A DNA stretch of 64,000 bases from Octopus sinensis (GCF_006345805.1 NC_043014.1:42842001-42906000), one strand, 5' to 3'. Counted from the first letter of the stretch, positions 25,810 through 38,496 are shown. Notes: generated by a model from the sequence alone, not told the origin. Translations and numbers: made by a program.

Positions 25810-27270
25810 GCTAAACTCAAAGATGGCGAACGAAAATTGGCCATCTACTGAAAAGAACAGAGGGTTATCTGCAAGACGGAACAGCCAAGTTGAGCAAGAC
25901 ACCGACTGCTGTAGTAACAACAACAACAACAACAACAACAAGTACAATAGTGCACGTGGAATGAATGAAAATGAATTCCTCTTGCTTCTTTCCTCCCCTT
26001 TACCACTGCAGAAACAAAAGAAAATTACAAACACCAACATCACAAACGAAAACACTACCATCTCCACCGCTACTACAAGTTCCAGCAGCAGTATGTAATA
26101 GTGGTGACAACAGCAACAGTAAGAGAGACAGCAAGGGCGGCAGCAAGAGTGATGGCAACAACAACAACAACGATAGCTAAAATATCAACAACACCAACCA
26201 AAACAATGACAACAACAACAGCAGCAGCAATAGCAGCAACAGCAGTGGAGGCGCAATGGCCCAGTGGTTAGGGCAGCGGACTCACAGTCGGAGGATCACG
26301 GTTTTGATTCCCAGACCGGGCGTTGTGTGTCTTTATTGAACGAAAACACCTAAAGCTCCACGAGGCTCCAGCAGGGAGTGGTGGCGACACCTGTTGTACT
26401 CTTTTGCTCCAACTTTCTCTCACTCTTTCTTCCTGCTTCTTGTCCCCAACTTCCTATGCAACCGCTGAGCCTAGATGCACATTCATCCATCTGTCTATGC
26501 TCTCGGTGTCGGGGGTTGACCTGCTTTCTCTTCTGTAGGTCTTATGATTTGCAAAGGACCACATTTCGGACTTCTCCCACTACAGACGGGACGAAGACCA
26601 CTTTGCTCAACAAACAAACAAACAAAAAAAGCAGCAACAGCAACAATGACAAAAACAACAACAACGATACCAATATTACCCACAACAACAAGAACACTTT
26701 CTCAGTGACAGCAGCCAAAATAAGACTGTGATTTAGCCAAACAAAGATGAAAAGTTGGTCGAAGCCTGGAAACTCATCAAACATGAACAAACCTGGGCCA
26801 ACTTAACTCTCCCAGCAGAGACCATCAAAACAGTGGAGAAAAGAACAGTCTATTTCAGATGCATTTCAGCAGAGACAAAGAAAGTGGCTTTAATAGCACA
26901 AGCAGATATTGAACCTGCACTGAGATGTTGTCAGGGATGACACTGAGTACAAAGCTAGGGGCAGACAATACGGCACCATTTTGGTGCTTTTTGAGTCAGA
27001 AACCCTCACTATGAAGCACTCAATGACCCCTTGCAAAACCAGCAAGGTCATAATGTACCCCTTCCACATGGGAAAAAGAACAGCACGTGTCCGCATTCTC
27101 AAGATTCCACCAGGACTTAATATGGGGTGACTTCTGGGATGCGTAATTGAACAAGGGTCAAATACTGTCATGATAGAGGCGACAAAAACTGCCAGGGAGG
27201 ACTGGTCCAGGGTTGACCAGGAAATACTTCTCCAGATCAGGCCAGAAAACGTTAAAAAAATCCCCAAAGG
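25810..27270 (+). pseudogene. Possible decayed LINE 5' region/ORF1 (RRM-type), interrupted by a SINE
   Basis: Frameshifted protein-like text: EKLVEAWKLIKHEQTW..KRTVYFRCIS..ALIAQADIEPAL.. / GRQYGTILVLF / MGKRTARVRILKIPPGL.. / EDWSRVDQEILLQ; resembles non-LTR ORF1; assignment is inference. Confidence 0.4.
26248..26607 (+). mobile_element. tRNA-derived SINE family D
   Basis: GGAGGCGCAATGGCCCAGTGGTTAGGGCAGCGGACTC...GGTTTTGATTCCC tRNA-like head, then a non-tRNA body ending at an (ACAA)n run. Confidence 0.8.
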
Positions 27271-27273
27271 CCC

Positions 27274-27458
27274 AAAATTTTGGAGGAGGGGGTCAGTCGA
27301 TCAGATTGACTTCAGTACGCAACTGGTACTTAATTTATCGACACTGAAGGTATGAAAGGCTAAGTCGACCACGTCGGAATTTGAACTTAGTAAAGACAGA
27401 CAAAATACTGCTAAACGTTTTGTCCGGCGTGCTAACATTTCTGCCAGCTCACTGCCTT
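27274..27458 (-). mobile_element. SINE family B
   Basis: Reverse complement of 25198-25385. Confidence 0.75.
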
Positions 27459-27569
27459 AGTATACTAATGATTCAGCCATCTCCCTGCTTCCTACTGCCC
27501 AATAATGACATTTCTAAATATATTACACAAAATAAGGTATCCAGAATAGGATCTTTCTCTTCCTATATA

Positions 27570-27627
27570 TACACACACACACACACATAAATATACACAC
27601 ATGCAGTTATATATAGATATATGCATA

Positions 27628-27669
<42 letters not shown>

Positions 27670-28030
27670 TATATATATGCATGTATATATATACATATAT
27701 TATATTCTATATATATACATGTATATATGTGTATATATATGTTATATTATATTATGTGTAATATAATATATATTATATATATGTATATATATATATATTA
27801 TATATATATTATATGTATATATATATATTATAATATATATATATTATATATATATAATATATATATATACATACACATATATATAAATATACATATATTA
27901 TATTCTACTATATACATATATACATAATTATATTCTGTATATACATATAACCTATATATGCATATCGATATGTATATATATGTATATATATACATATATA
28001 CATATATTATATTCTACTATATACATATAT
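27570..28030. repeat. (TA)n-rich microsatellite
   Basis: Directly visible. Confidence 0.95.
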
Positions 28031-28500
28031 TTGTTAGGCTTCAATTCTAGCTAGCTGGAATGAAGAAACTAGTTATCATTTCAAAGTTAAGCACAATGCT
28101 TTATGGCCAAACTATATATATATATGCTTCTGCTATTACCTGTTCTGCAGACATGCAAAGGAAGACGATAGTAGAGATTTACTACCTGAACCAGGGTGTG
28201 ACACTGTGTCATGCAAATGTAATAAAACCTGAACAGACATCAGTGAAGTGGCTGACATCCTATCATCTCAGATGCTGTATTGCTTCCTCCTCGCTGTGAA
28301 GGATAAATTTTTTATTGTCGATGATGTAAGGAAGCAGGTGTATATATTTAGAAGACTGGTATTAAAATATTGACTCTGCCTGCTATTAAATGCATATACA
28401 CTGATTTAATTTCTCTCAGTCAGATTCCTTCTTTTGTTTTACAATGTAGTGGTAAATAATAACGGAGCAAAACACATACGTGTTGTGTCTTTATACATGG

Positions 28501-28637
28501 GGTGCAGGCGTGGCTGTTTGGTAAGAAGCTCGCTTCCCAACCACATGGTTCTGGGTTCAGTTCCACTGCGTGACAGCTTGGGCAAGTGTCTTGTATTATA
28601 TAGCCTCGGGCTAACCAAGGTCTGAAAGAAGGCTATC

Positions 28638-28682
<45 letters not shown>

Positions 28683-29065
28683 CACACACATATATACATA
28701 CATACACAGGTGTAGCTGTGCAGTAAGAAGCTTTCTTCCCAACTACATGGTTCTGGGTTCAGTTCCACTGCATGACACCTTGGGCAAGTGTCTTGTACTA
28801 TAGCCTCAAGCTAACCAAGGCCTTGTAAGTTGATTTGGTAGACAAAAACTGAAAGAAGCCCATTGTATATATATATATATATATATACAGGTATAGCTGT
28901 GTGGTAAAAAGCTTGCTTGCCAACTACATGGTTCTGGGTTCAGTCACACTGTTGGCATCTTGGGCAAGTGTCTTGTGCTATGGCCTCAGGGTGATCAAGG
29001 CCTTGTAAATGGATTTAGTAGACAAAAACTGAAAGAAGCCTGTCTTATATATATATATATATATA
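28501..29065 (+). mobile_element. Head-to-tail trimer of SINE family A 5' halves
   Basis: Units 28501-28640, 28707-28865 and 28888-29044, each ending at GAAAGAAG(G/C)C followed by microsatellite. Confidence 0.85.
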
Positions 29066-29213
29066 TAAATCAAATGGACATTTTCATGTATACATGTGTA
29101 CTTTCATGCATGCATACATATTACATACATGCATATACAGTGTCTACAAGCATGCAGATACACACACATGTGTATCTATATATATATATGTATATGTGTA
29201 TTATATATAATAT

Positions 29214-29267
<54 letters not shown>

Positions 29268-29440
29268 ATGTGCGTGTGTGTGTGTGTGTGTATATTTCTT
29301 CCTCCTTACCTAGCAGCATAAATGCATACATAAATACATACATGCATTACATATGTATGCATGCCTGAATACATACATACATACATACATACATACATAC
29401 ATACATACATACATACATACACACAAACAGTTGTCCAAAA

Positions 29441-29975
29441 ATGTCCTCATGGTATTATCTACCGATGAGAACTGGTGTTGTAGCTGGGACACCCTGTAAT
29501 GAAATTTGTCGGAAGGATAATTCTGAAGATAAAGAAATAGGAACCCACAATATGGGAGAAGCCATAGCCACACATAATAAAGAGGAATACTGGTGGAATG
29601 TTCCTGTGAAGACCTCAATAAAATGTAAGCACAACAGACTTGATATAATGATTTGGGATAGAGAAGAGAAACTGTGCACAGTTGTAGAAATTAGCTTCCC
29701 AGCAGATGTTAACATAAAGCTGAAGATAAATGAAAAAGAGAATATCTACGATAAACTATTGAGAAATTTGTAGTTACTCTATCCAGATTACAAGTTCAGG
29801 TTTATACCTGTAATTATTGTGGCCATGGGATATGTAACACACTGCCTAAATACCAATCTTGAGAAATTAGGTTTCTCAAAACCAGAAAGGAGAAAGCTAA
29901 TTTGAAGACTACAGATCCAATCCACCACTGAAACTATAAAAAACCTGTAAAACTTTCTAGAAGTTTAGCATTTAA
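29441..29975 (+). pseudogene. Decayed RLE non-LTR retrotransposon 3' fragment (different subfamily)
   Basis: EYWWNVPVKTSIKCKHNRLDIMIWDREEKLCTVVEISFPADVNIKLKINEKENIYDKLLRNL*LLYPDYKFRFIPVIIVAMG: NxPDI..VEI..P..KE..Y..IPVI RLE motifs. Confidence 0.8.
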
Positions 29976-30019
29976 AAATATATGAGCATGTCTAGATATG
30001 TAACTATATGCATGAGAAT

Positions 30020-30042
30020 ACATACATACATACATACATACA

Positions 30043-30073
<31 letters not shown>

Positions 30074-30595
30074 CATACATACATACAATACATACATTCA
30101 TACAAACATACAAACAAAAATACCTTGTTGAAATTCCAATGAAGGAACCTTGGATCTAGGTTAGAAATTGGTTCTTTCTCTGTAGGCAAGAAATTTTGAA
30201 ATAAACTGAATAATGACATACATACACACATACATAAACATATATTACTTTATACATACATACTACATACTAAATATATACATGATACATGCATACATAC
30301 ATACATATCATGGCATGCATACATACATACATACATACATAAATACATAATACATACAATATACATGCATCAACATACAGGCATACATACATACATACAT
30401 ACATACATACATACAAACATACATACAAACATCATACATATATACATGCATACATACATACACACACACATACATACATACATACATACTACATAAAATG
30501 CATGCATGCAGACATACATGCATCATACATAATAACATACATACATACAGACAGACATCATCAACTACATACATACTACATACATACATACATAT
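30020..30595. repeat. (TACA)n tetranucleotide complex
   Basis: Directly visible. Confidence 0.93.
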
Positions 30596-30852
30596 GAGAT
30601 ACGATGGAATATGCAGCCTGGACATCAAACCAGAAACCTACTGCCCATCACTGGCAAGTTCCACATTAACAGTAATGTAACACCGATAAGATTTATGCGA
30701 GACAAAGCGATAGCAGTCTAAACAGCCTTTGAATCTCACATTGTATCACTCAGAGCAGTAAAGAAAGAAACGAGTACATTCCATGCATACTCAGAAGTGA
30801 GAACAACAGCATTTTCAGAGTTGGAGAAGAATTACTGAGAAAAAAACTGTCA

Positions 30853-31135
30853 CATAAGGCCTAAAGAGGTCGGCTGCGGGGTCACTCCGAAAAGCTCTAT
30901 CTGTGACGATTTCATCTCAATCGAAGGAGAGGGGCTTTCTCCATCCAGGTTGCGGGTCCGTGGAATAAGCTGCCGGACAAGGTAGTGAAGATGCCGACGA
31001 CCGCTAAATTCAAAGTCTCTCTGGACCAGAATTGGCCTGAACTCTTTGCATGGACACCACTCTGTACATAACTCCATGTCCCCCAACATGGCCTTGCTTT
31101 TTGCTTTTTGAGCTAAAAAAATTAACTTAACTTAA
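30853..31135 (+). mobile_element. CR1-clade LINE 3' end
   Basis: RLRGHSEKLYL*RFHLNRRRGAFSIQVAGPWNKLPDKVVKMPTTAKFKVSLD matches the CR1 RGHxxKL..FSxRV..WNxLP..FK..LD terminus; (AACTT)n-like tail. Confidence 0.85.
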
Positions 31136-31318
31136 AGGAGTCTGGACTGGCCTACCTAAACAGAAGCTTGAGGAGAAGAAAGCAACATACCAACAAAAAG
31201 TAATGCATATGTATATTTCCCACAAGAGAGAGAGGGCAATAATAGCATTGTCAGAAAGGGTAGCCTCTCCTGGACCTGTGATAGATACATTACATCCCAC
31301 TAAGAAGTATATGCCTTC

Positions 31319-31418
31319 NNNNNNNNNNNNNNNNNNNNNNNNNNNNNNNNNNNNNNNNNNNNNNNNNNNNNNNNNNNNNNNNNNNNNNNNNNNNNNNNNN
31401 NNNNNNNNNNNNNNNNNN
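31319..31418. other. Assembly gap (100 N)
   Basis: Exactly 100 N; sequences on the two sides may not be contiguous. Confidence 1.
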
Positions 31419-31939
31419 CTTTAGTCGAGCAAATCGACCCCAGGACTTATTCTTTGTAAACCTAGTACTTATTCTATTGGTCTCTTTTGCTGAACCGCTA
31501 AGTTATGGGGACGTAAAGACACCAGCATTGGTTGTCAAGCAATGTTATGGGGGAGACAAACACAGACACACAAACATATACACGCACACATACACCTAGT
31601 GAAAGAATGCTCCTACACCTAGTGAAAGAATGCTAGTTCACACATACAAACATTCACATACTCTCCTTCTACATGCACACACATATGCACAAAACTCATA
31701 CAGAGTTGAAACGCTGTTTGATTTTTCTTTTCAGTGTTGGATGATCACCATCCCTCTTCCATTGTCTACACACACACACATTCACATACCTCCCTTTTAC
31801 ATACACACACACATACTCACACAGAGTTAAAATGCTGTTTGATTTCTTTTTTCACCCCTTCCTTCCTTACTCATCTATCACCCCTTCCTTTCTCATTCAT
31901 ATGTTGTGACAGAGAAAAATAATCCTACACCTCTCTCTC

Positions 31940-32302
31940 TCTTTTACTCTTTTACTTGTTTCAGTCATTTGACTGCGGCCATGCTGGAGCACCGCCTTTA
32001 ATCGAGCAACTCGACCCCGGGACTTATTCGTTTGTAAGCCCAGTACTTATTCTATTGGTCTCTTTTGCCGAACCGCTAAGTAATGGGGACAAACACAGAC
32101 GCACAAACACACACACACACATATATATATACATATATATGACGGGCTTCTTTCAGTTTCCGTCTACCAAATCCACTCACAAGGCTTTGGTCGGCCCGAG
32201 ACTATAGCAGAAGACACTTGCCCAAGGTGCCACGCAGTGGGACTGAACCCAGAACCATGTGGTTGGTAAACAAGCTACATACCACACAGCCACTCCTGCG
32301 CC
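31940..32302 (-). mobile_element. SINE family A
   Basis: Reverse complement of family A; a further partial copy lies at 31419-31600. Confidence 0.9.
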
Positions 32303-32739
32303 TATAATATGCTAATATAAATTGCATAAATGCTAATAAGTTATTCAGAAATGCTAAGTTAATACCATATATCGAGGTTATACGGTGCTACTAAATCATA
32401 CAACTCTAATAAGTAATGAAATGCTAATTTAGGAAGCATATATCAGCTCTGAAAACCTACCAAGATTTTAGTAAATACACCAAGCTTTCCAGCTGTGATG
32501 GAAATTTTGAACTTTTCCATATTAAGATTAATTCAAAGGCCTACAGGAGTGTTGCGAAAGTAAAATTAATGAAATAGGCAATTTATTGTTAATTATGGAT
32601 AGTCGTAATCACAATCTCGATGGTAACAATGAAAGCCATGCCAAGACATATTGAGGGCAGTGAGAAACCAGTATGGTTCTGTGCGTTCCTGAAATGCTAT
32701 GTCAGTGTTTGGAGTAAAGAGTGTTCTGGAAATTGATCA

Positions 32740-33124
32740 GGCGCAGGAGTGGCTGTGTGCAGGTTCAGTCCCACTGCATGGCACCTTGGGCAAGTGTCTT
32801 CTACTATAGTCTCGGGCTGACCAAAGCCTCGTGAGTGGATTTGGTAGACGGAAACTGAAAGAAGCCCGTCGTATATATGTATATATATATATATGTGTGT
32901 GTGTGCGTGTGTCTTTGGGTGTCTGTATTTGTCCCCCTAGCATTGCTTGACAACCGATGTTGGTGTATTTATGTCCCCGTCACTTAGCGGTTCGGCAAAA
33001 AGAGACCGATAGAATATGTACTGGGCTTACAAAGAATAAGTCCCGGGGTCGAGTTACTTGATTAAAGGCGGTGCTCCAGCATGGCCGCAGTCAAATGACT
33101 GAAACAAGTAAAGGAGTAAAAGAG
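32740..33124 (+). mobile_element. SINE family A (small internal deletion in the head)
   Basis: GGCGCAGGAGTGGCTGTGTG...AAACAAGTAAAGGAGTAAAAGAG. Confidence 0.9.
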
Positions 33125-33142
33125 TATATATGTGTGTGTGTG

Positions 33143-33185
<43 letters not shown>

Positions 33186-33324
33186 TATGTGTGTGTGTGT
33201 GTGTGTGTGTCTATGTGTGTCTACGTGTGTGTCTGTGTTTGTCCCCCGACCAATGCTTGAAATTGATCAGAGAAAAGAAATATATCTACAAATGTGCACA
33301 TGCACATCTATGTGCATGCCATCT

Positions 33325-33407
33325 TTGTCATCATCATCATCATCACCATCACCATCATCATCACCATCATCATCGTCATCTTCACCATCACCATCATCAT
33401 CATCACC

Positions 33408-33438
<31 letters not shown>

Positions 33439-33452
33439 CCATCATCATCACC

Positions 33453-33484
<32 letters not shown>

Positions 33485-33492
33485 CATCGTCG

Positions 33493-33528
<36 letters not shown>

Positions 33529-33698
33529 CCATCATCATCATCACCATCATCGTCATCATCATCATCATCATCATCATCACCATCATCATCACCGTTACCA
33601 TCATCATTGTCGTCGTCGTTGTCGTTGTCGTCATCACTGTCATCGTCATCACCACCACTACCACCACCACCCACCACCACCACCACCACCACCACCAC
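33325..33698. repeat. (CAT/CAC)n microsatellite
   Basis: Directly visible. Confidence 0.96.
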
Positions 33699-33704
33699 GT
33701 ATAT

Positions 33705-33902
33705 ATTCTTTTATTTGTTTCAGTCATTTGACTGCGACCATGCTGGAGCACCGCATTTAGTCGAACAAATCGACCCCCAGGACTTATTCATTGTAAGCTT
33801 AGTAATTATTCTATCGGCCTCTTTTGCAAAACCACAAAGTTATGGGTACGTAAACACAACATCGGTTTTCAAGCGATGGTCAGGGGACAAACACAAACAC
33901 AC

Positions 33903-33934
<32 letters not shown>

Positions 33935-34407
33935 TAGCTAGTGTTTTACGTAAGATGTGTGTAGTGCTATGTTTTGTATACTCTTACTCTTTTACTCTTT
34001 TACTCTTTTACTTGTTTCAGTCATTTGACTGCGGCCATGCTGGAGCACCGCCTTTAGTCGAGCAAATCGACCCCGGGACTTATCCTTTTTTGTAAGCCCA
34101 GTACTTATTCTATCGGTCTCTTTTGCCGAACCGCTAATGTGACGGGGACGTAAACACACCAGCATCGGTTGTCAAGCAATGCTAGGGCCACAAACACAGA
34201 CACACAAACACACACACATACACACATAAATATATATATACATATATACGACAGGCTTCTTTCAGTTTCCGTCTACCAAATCCACTCACGAGGCTTTGGT
34301 CGGCCTGGGGCTATAGCAGAAGACACTTGCCCAAGATCCCATGCAGTGGGACTGAACCCGGAACCATGTGGTTGGTTAGCAAGCTACTTACCACACAGCC
34401 ACTCCTG
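33705..34407 (-). mobile_element. Two SINE family A copies (3' half 33705-33935; near full length 33981-34407)
   Basis: Reverse complement of family A. Confidence 0.9.
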
Positions 34408-34983
34408 TTATATATACTTGTTAGACTTGGTGTTTTTGTTATGTATTTGTCTGAATATTTTTTTCTACCATACCCAATGCACCTACTATGATAGGAATTG
34501 TTTCTGTTTTTAGACTCCACATTCTAGTTACCTTTATTTCCAGATATTTGTATTTTGAAAGTTTCTCCATTTCTTTTAAAGAAACATTGACATCTATTGG
34601 TATTGATACATCGATTAGAAAACATTTTTTTTTTGATGATCTCTGACAACTATATCTGGCCTATTGGTCTTAATTTCTCTATCTGTGTGTATCGGCATAT
34701 CCCAGAGTATGGTTGCTTTCTCGTTTTCTGTGACCTTTTCTGGTGTGTGCCTATACCATCTTTTTTCTGTTGTTATTCCATAATGTTGGCATAGCTTCCA
34801 ATGTATGTAGGTTCCAACTCTGTCATGTCTGTGAATATATTCCTTCTTAGTCAGGACTGGGCAGCCAGAGATAATCTTATTTATGGTTTCTTCTCCATCT
34901 CCACATATTCTACAGTTACTTGTATTTCTTTTCATTACATGTTTTTGGAGATTTCTGGTAGGAAGGCTTTGATCTTGAGCTGC
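34408..34983 (-). mobile_element. R4/Dong fragment (CCHC zinc knuckle plus RLE)
   Basis: IIAAQDQSLPTRN...CRICGDGEETINKIISGCPVL..EYIHRHDRV..IHW..ILWDMPIHTDREIKTNRPDIVV. Confidence 0.92.
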
Positions 34984-35012
34984 AATAATAATAATAATAA
35001 TAATATAATAAT

Positions 35013-35044
<32 letters not shown>

Positions 35045-35593
35045 AATGCCCTGATGCAGTACCAGGCAGTGGCTCTCATGGCTTCTGATCTTAACTGATT
35101 GGAAGTGTTATGTACATTGTTTTGTCTTGGTATAAAGAGGGCTACAGCAAAATATTCTGCTCAATACCACAGATTTGCTGTCAGTGTTTGACCTTAACCA
35201 GTTGAGCATGTCCCTTAGTGGCTGACGATATGTGCATCTCTGATCACGAGCAGAAGTAGTGGGGGAGCATCATAGCCATGTGTTGAGAAGGATTCTTTGG
35301 GGTTTGAATAATTCATCTCTGGAACATGGGTGTTTCGTTCAACTCCTTAAACAACCCTTATTCAGGGACCTTTTGAGCGGGATGGGTTACTCGATCTGAA
35401 GAAAATTCTAACTGGGCTCCACCTGCAAGGTCATGTGCTGCTTATCTTGATATGAGATCACCATGTCGCGCACATATGGTTGTGATGCATGTGCCTGGTG
35501 TACCCTTATCAGATGGGTAGTCATGATGGGTATACTGGGCTTCGTATATTTTACCCCAGTGTCACTTTGATGGCATGCTCTGCTCGCTCACTC
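35045..35593 (+). mobile_element. ~550-bp non-coding element inserted in (AAT)n (putative Dong-dependent SINE)
   Basis: (AAT)n on both flanks; second, truncated copy at 18470-18857 with the same 3' end (CTCACTC-AATAAT); no ORF, no Pol III boxes seen. Confidence 0.75.
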
Positions 35594-35618
35594 AATAATA
35601 ATAATAATAATAATAATA

Positions 35619-36292
35619 AGTAACTGCAGAATATGTGGAGATGGACAAGAAACAATAAATCATATTATCTCTAGTTGCCCAGTCCTGGCTAAGAAGGAAT
35701 ATATTCACAGACATGACAGAGTTGGAACCTACATACATTGGAAGCTATGCCAACATTATGAATAACAACAGAAAAAAGATGGTATAGGCACACACCAGAA
35801 AAGGTCACAGAAAAACAAGAAAAGCAACCATACTCTGGGATATGCCGATACACACAGATAGAGAAATTAAGGCCAACAGACCAGATATAGTTGTCAGAGA
35901 TCATAAAGAAAAAAAATGCTTTCTAATTGATGTATCAATACGGCAGATGACAACGTGTCTCTAAAAGAAATGGAGAAACTCTCAAAATACAAAGACCTGG
36001 AAATAGAGGTAACTAGAATGTGGAATCTGAAAACAGAAAACAATTCCTATCATAGTAGGTGCATTAGGCATGATAAAAAAATATTCAGACAAATACATAA
36101 CAAAAACACCAGGACTTACAAACACATATAACATACAGAAAATTGCACTACTAGGCACTGCACACATCCTACGCAGAACACTTTCCAAACAATAACCATC
36201 AGAGCATCACAACAAATCACAGCACATACCCAAGGCACACAGAGCTGCGCTCGGTAGTGAAGTGAAAGCACGCTATAAAAATAAAACTACTG
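35619..36292 (+). mobile_element. 5'-truncated R4/Dong element (CCHC, RLE, 3' UTR) with (AAT)n flanks
   Basis: NCRICGDGQETINHIISSCPVLAKKEYIHRHDRV...NRPDIVVRD..FLIDVSI..KEMEKLSKYKDLEIEVTRMW..IPIIVGALG; several 1-bp frameshifts. Confidence 0.93.
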
Positions 36293-36334
36293 AATAATAA
36301 TAATAATGATAATCTTTATTATTATTATTATTAC

Positions 36335-36542
36335 GAATGTAGCAAGCTGACAAAATTGTTGGACAAAATGTTTAGTGGTATTTTGCCTGTCACTACATTC
36401 TGAGTTCAAATTCCACCATGGTCAACTTTGCCTTTCATCCTTTCAGGGTCGATAAATTAAGTACCAGTCAAGTACTGGGGTTGATGTAATCGACTGTTCC
36501 CCTCTCCCAAATTTCAGGCCTTGTGCCTATAATAGAAAGGAT
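36335..36542 (+). mobile_element. SINE family B
   Basis: B box GAGTTCAAATTCC plus core plus (ATT)n tail. Confidence 0.75.
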
Positions 36543-37011
36543 TATTATCATTATTATCTATTATTATTATTATTATTATTATTATGTTAATGATAATGAT
36601 AATGATGATGATGCTTCTACTACTGCTGATATGTATGTATTATGTAAGTATGTATGTGTGTGTGTATGTATGTATGTATGTAAGTATGTATGTGTGTGTG
36701 TGTATGTATGTATGTATGTAAGTATGTATGTATGTAGTATCTATCTATCTATCTATCTATTAACTATGTATGATGGGCTTCTTTCAGTTTCCATCCACTG
36801 AATTCCCTTGCAATGTTTTAGCATGAAAAATTTGGTGCAAGTTGTCACACAGTAGGATTGAACCCCAAAACACTTGGTGGGAACTGTACGTCTTAATTAC
36901 ACAACCATAACTGTGTATTTGTGTGTGTGTGTGAGTGTGTGAGACGTGGATGTTTATGAATGTGCATAAATATATATAAATATATATATGCAATATGAAT
37001 ATAATATATAC

Positions 37012-37163
37012 AGGGCGGTGAGGTAAGTAGCTTGCTTACCAGCCATATGATTCCAGGTTCAGTCCCACTGCGTGGCACCTTGGGCAAGTGTTTTCTACTA
37101 TAGCCTCGGGTCGACCAAAGCCTTGTGAGTGGATTTGGTAGACAGAAATTGAAAGAAGCTCAT

Positions 37164-37225
<62 letters not shown>

Positions 37226-37472
37226 TACTATATGTATATGTGTGTGTATATGTTTGTGTTTGTCTGTGTTGTCCCCCCAACATCGCTTGACAACCGATGC
37301 TGGTGTGTTTACGTCCCCGTAACTTAGCGGTTCAGCATAAGAGACCGATAGAATAAGTACTAGGCTTACAAAGAATAAGTCCTGGGGTCGATTTGCTCAA
37401 CTAAAGGCGGTGCTCCAGCATGGCCACAGTCACATGACTGAAACAAGTAAAAGAGTAAGAGAGTAAAAGAGA
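37012..37472 (+). mobile_element. SINE family A
   Basis: Head, internal (TA)n and GAGTAA tail. Confidence 0.88.
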
Positions 37473-38047
37473 TATATTTGTGTGCGTGTGAGTATGTATG
37501 TGTGTGCATGTGTGTGTGCATGCTGGCATGTGTATGTGTGTGTGTGTGCATAAATATATACATATACATCTATGTATGCAATATATGTGTAATATGAATA
37601 CAATATATGCATATATGTTTGTGTGTGTGCACAGGCGCGTGCACATATGCACACACTTGCACACATGTATTGAAGGCACCGGAATGTTAACTTACATAAT
37701 TTTTCTTCAACATTAACTATCCAACATTCCCCACCAGATGTTTCATCCTTGATATATATTGATTTATAAACAGTCTTGTTTGTGTGTATGTGTGTGTGTG
37801 TGTGTGTAAAGAGAGGGAGAGAGAGAGAGAGAGAGATGGAGAGAGAGAAAGGGAGGGAGGTAAGGAAGGAGAGCGAGAGAGAGGATTTTTGTTTATGAAT
37901 TTAATTAGGATGAAGGAACTTTGGCCATGATCTTTGCAGAGTCTTTGATTGAGATTGGTGAGATCAATACGGTTCAATATTCAGCATGAATAATTGCATG
38001 TCTACATGTACAGGAAAAAAAGAAAAAGAAAAAGAAAATGAAACATA

Positions 38048-38496
38048 GGCGCAGGAGTGGCTGGGTGGTAAGAAACTTGCTTCCCAACCACATGGTTCCA
38101 GGTTCAGTCCCACTTCATGGCACGTTAGGCAAGTGTCTTCTACTATAGCCTCATGCCAACCGAAGTCTTATGAGTGGATTTGGTAGACAGAAACTGAAAG
38201 AAGCCCATCATATATGTGTGTGTGTGTGTGTATATGTAAGTGTGTGTGTATGTTTATGTGTGTCATTGTGTCTGTGTTTGTCCTCCACCTTGATGGTGCT
38301 GGTGTGTTTATGTCCCCATAACTTAGCGGTTCAGCAAAAAATATTGATGAAATAAGTAACAGGCTTAAAAATCTTTTTAAAAATGAAAGTACAGGGGAGG
38401 TGGTGGTGGGGGGGGGGGGTCAATTCCTTTGACTAAATTTCTTCAAGAGTGTGCTCCAGCATGGACACAGTCTAATGACCGAAACAAGTAAAAGAT
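38048..38496 (+). mobile_element. SINE family A (older, diverged)
   Basis: GGCGCAGGAGTGGCTGGGTGG...GAAACAAGTAAAAG; followed by a (TG)n complex to ~38930. Confidence 0.82.

Noticed and set aside
28140-28370. Protein-like frame HAKEDDSRDLLPEPGCDTVSCKCNKT*TDISEVADILSSQMLYCFLLAVKDKFF
   Set aside because: In-frame stop and no recognised family; cannot be supported as an exon.
35455-35593. HDV-like ribozyme in the 550-bp AAT-associated element
   Set aside because: Hairpins are present, but I could not assemble the nested double pseudoknot by eye on either strand.
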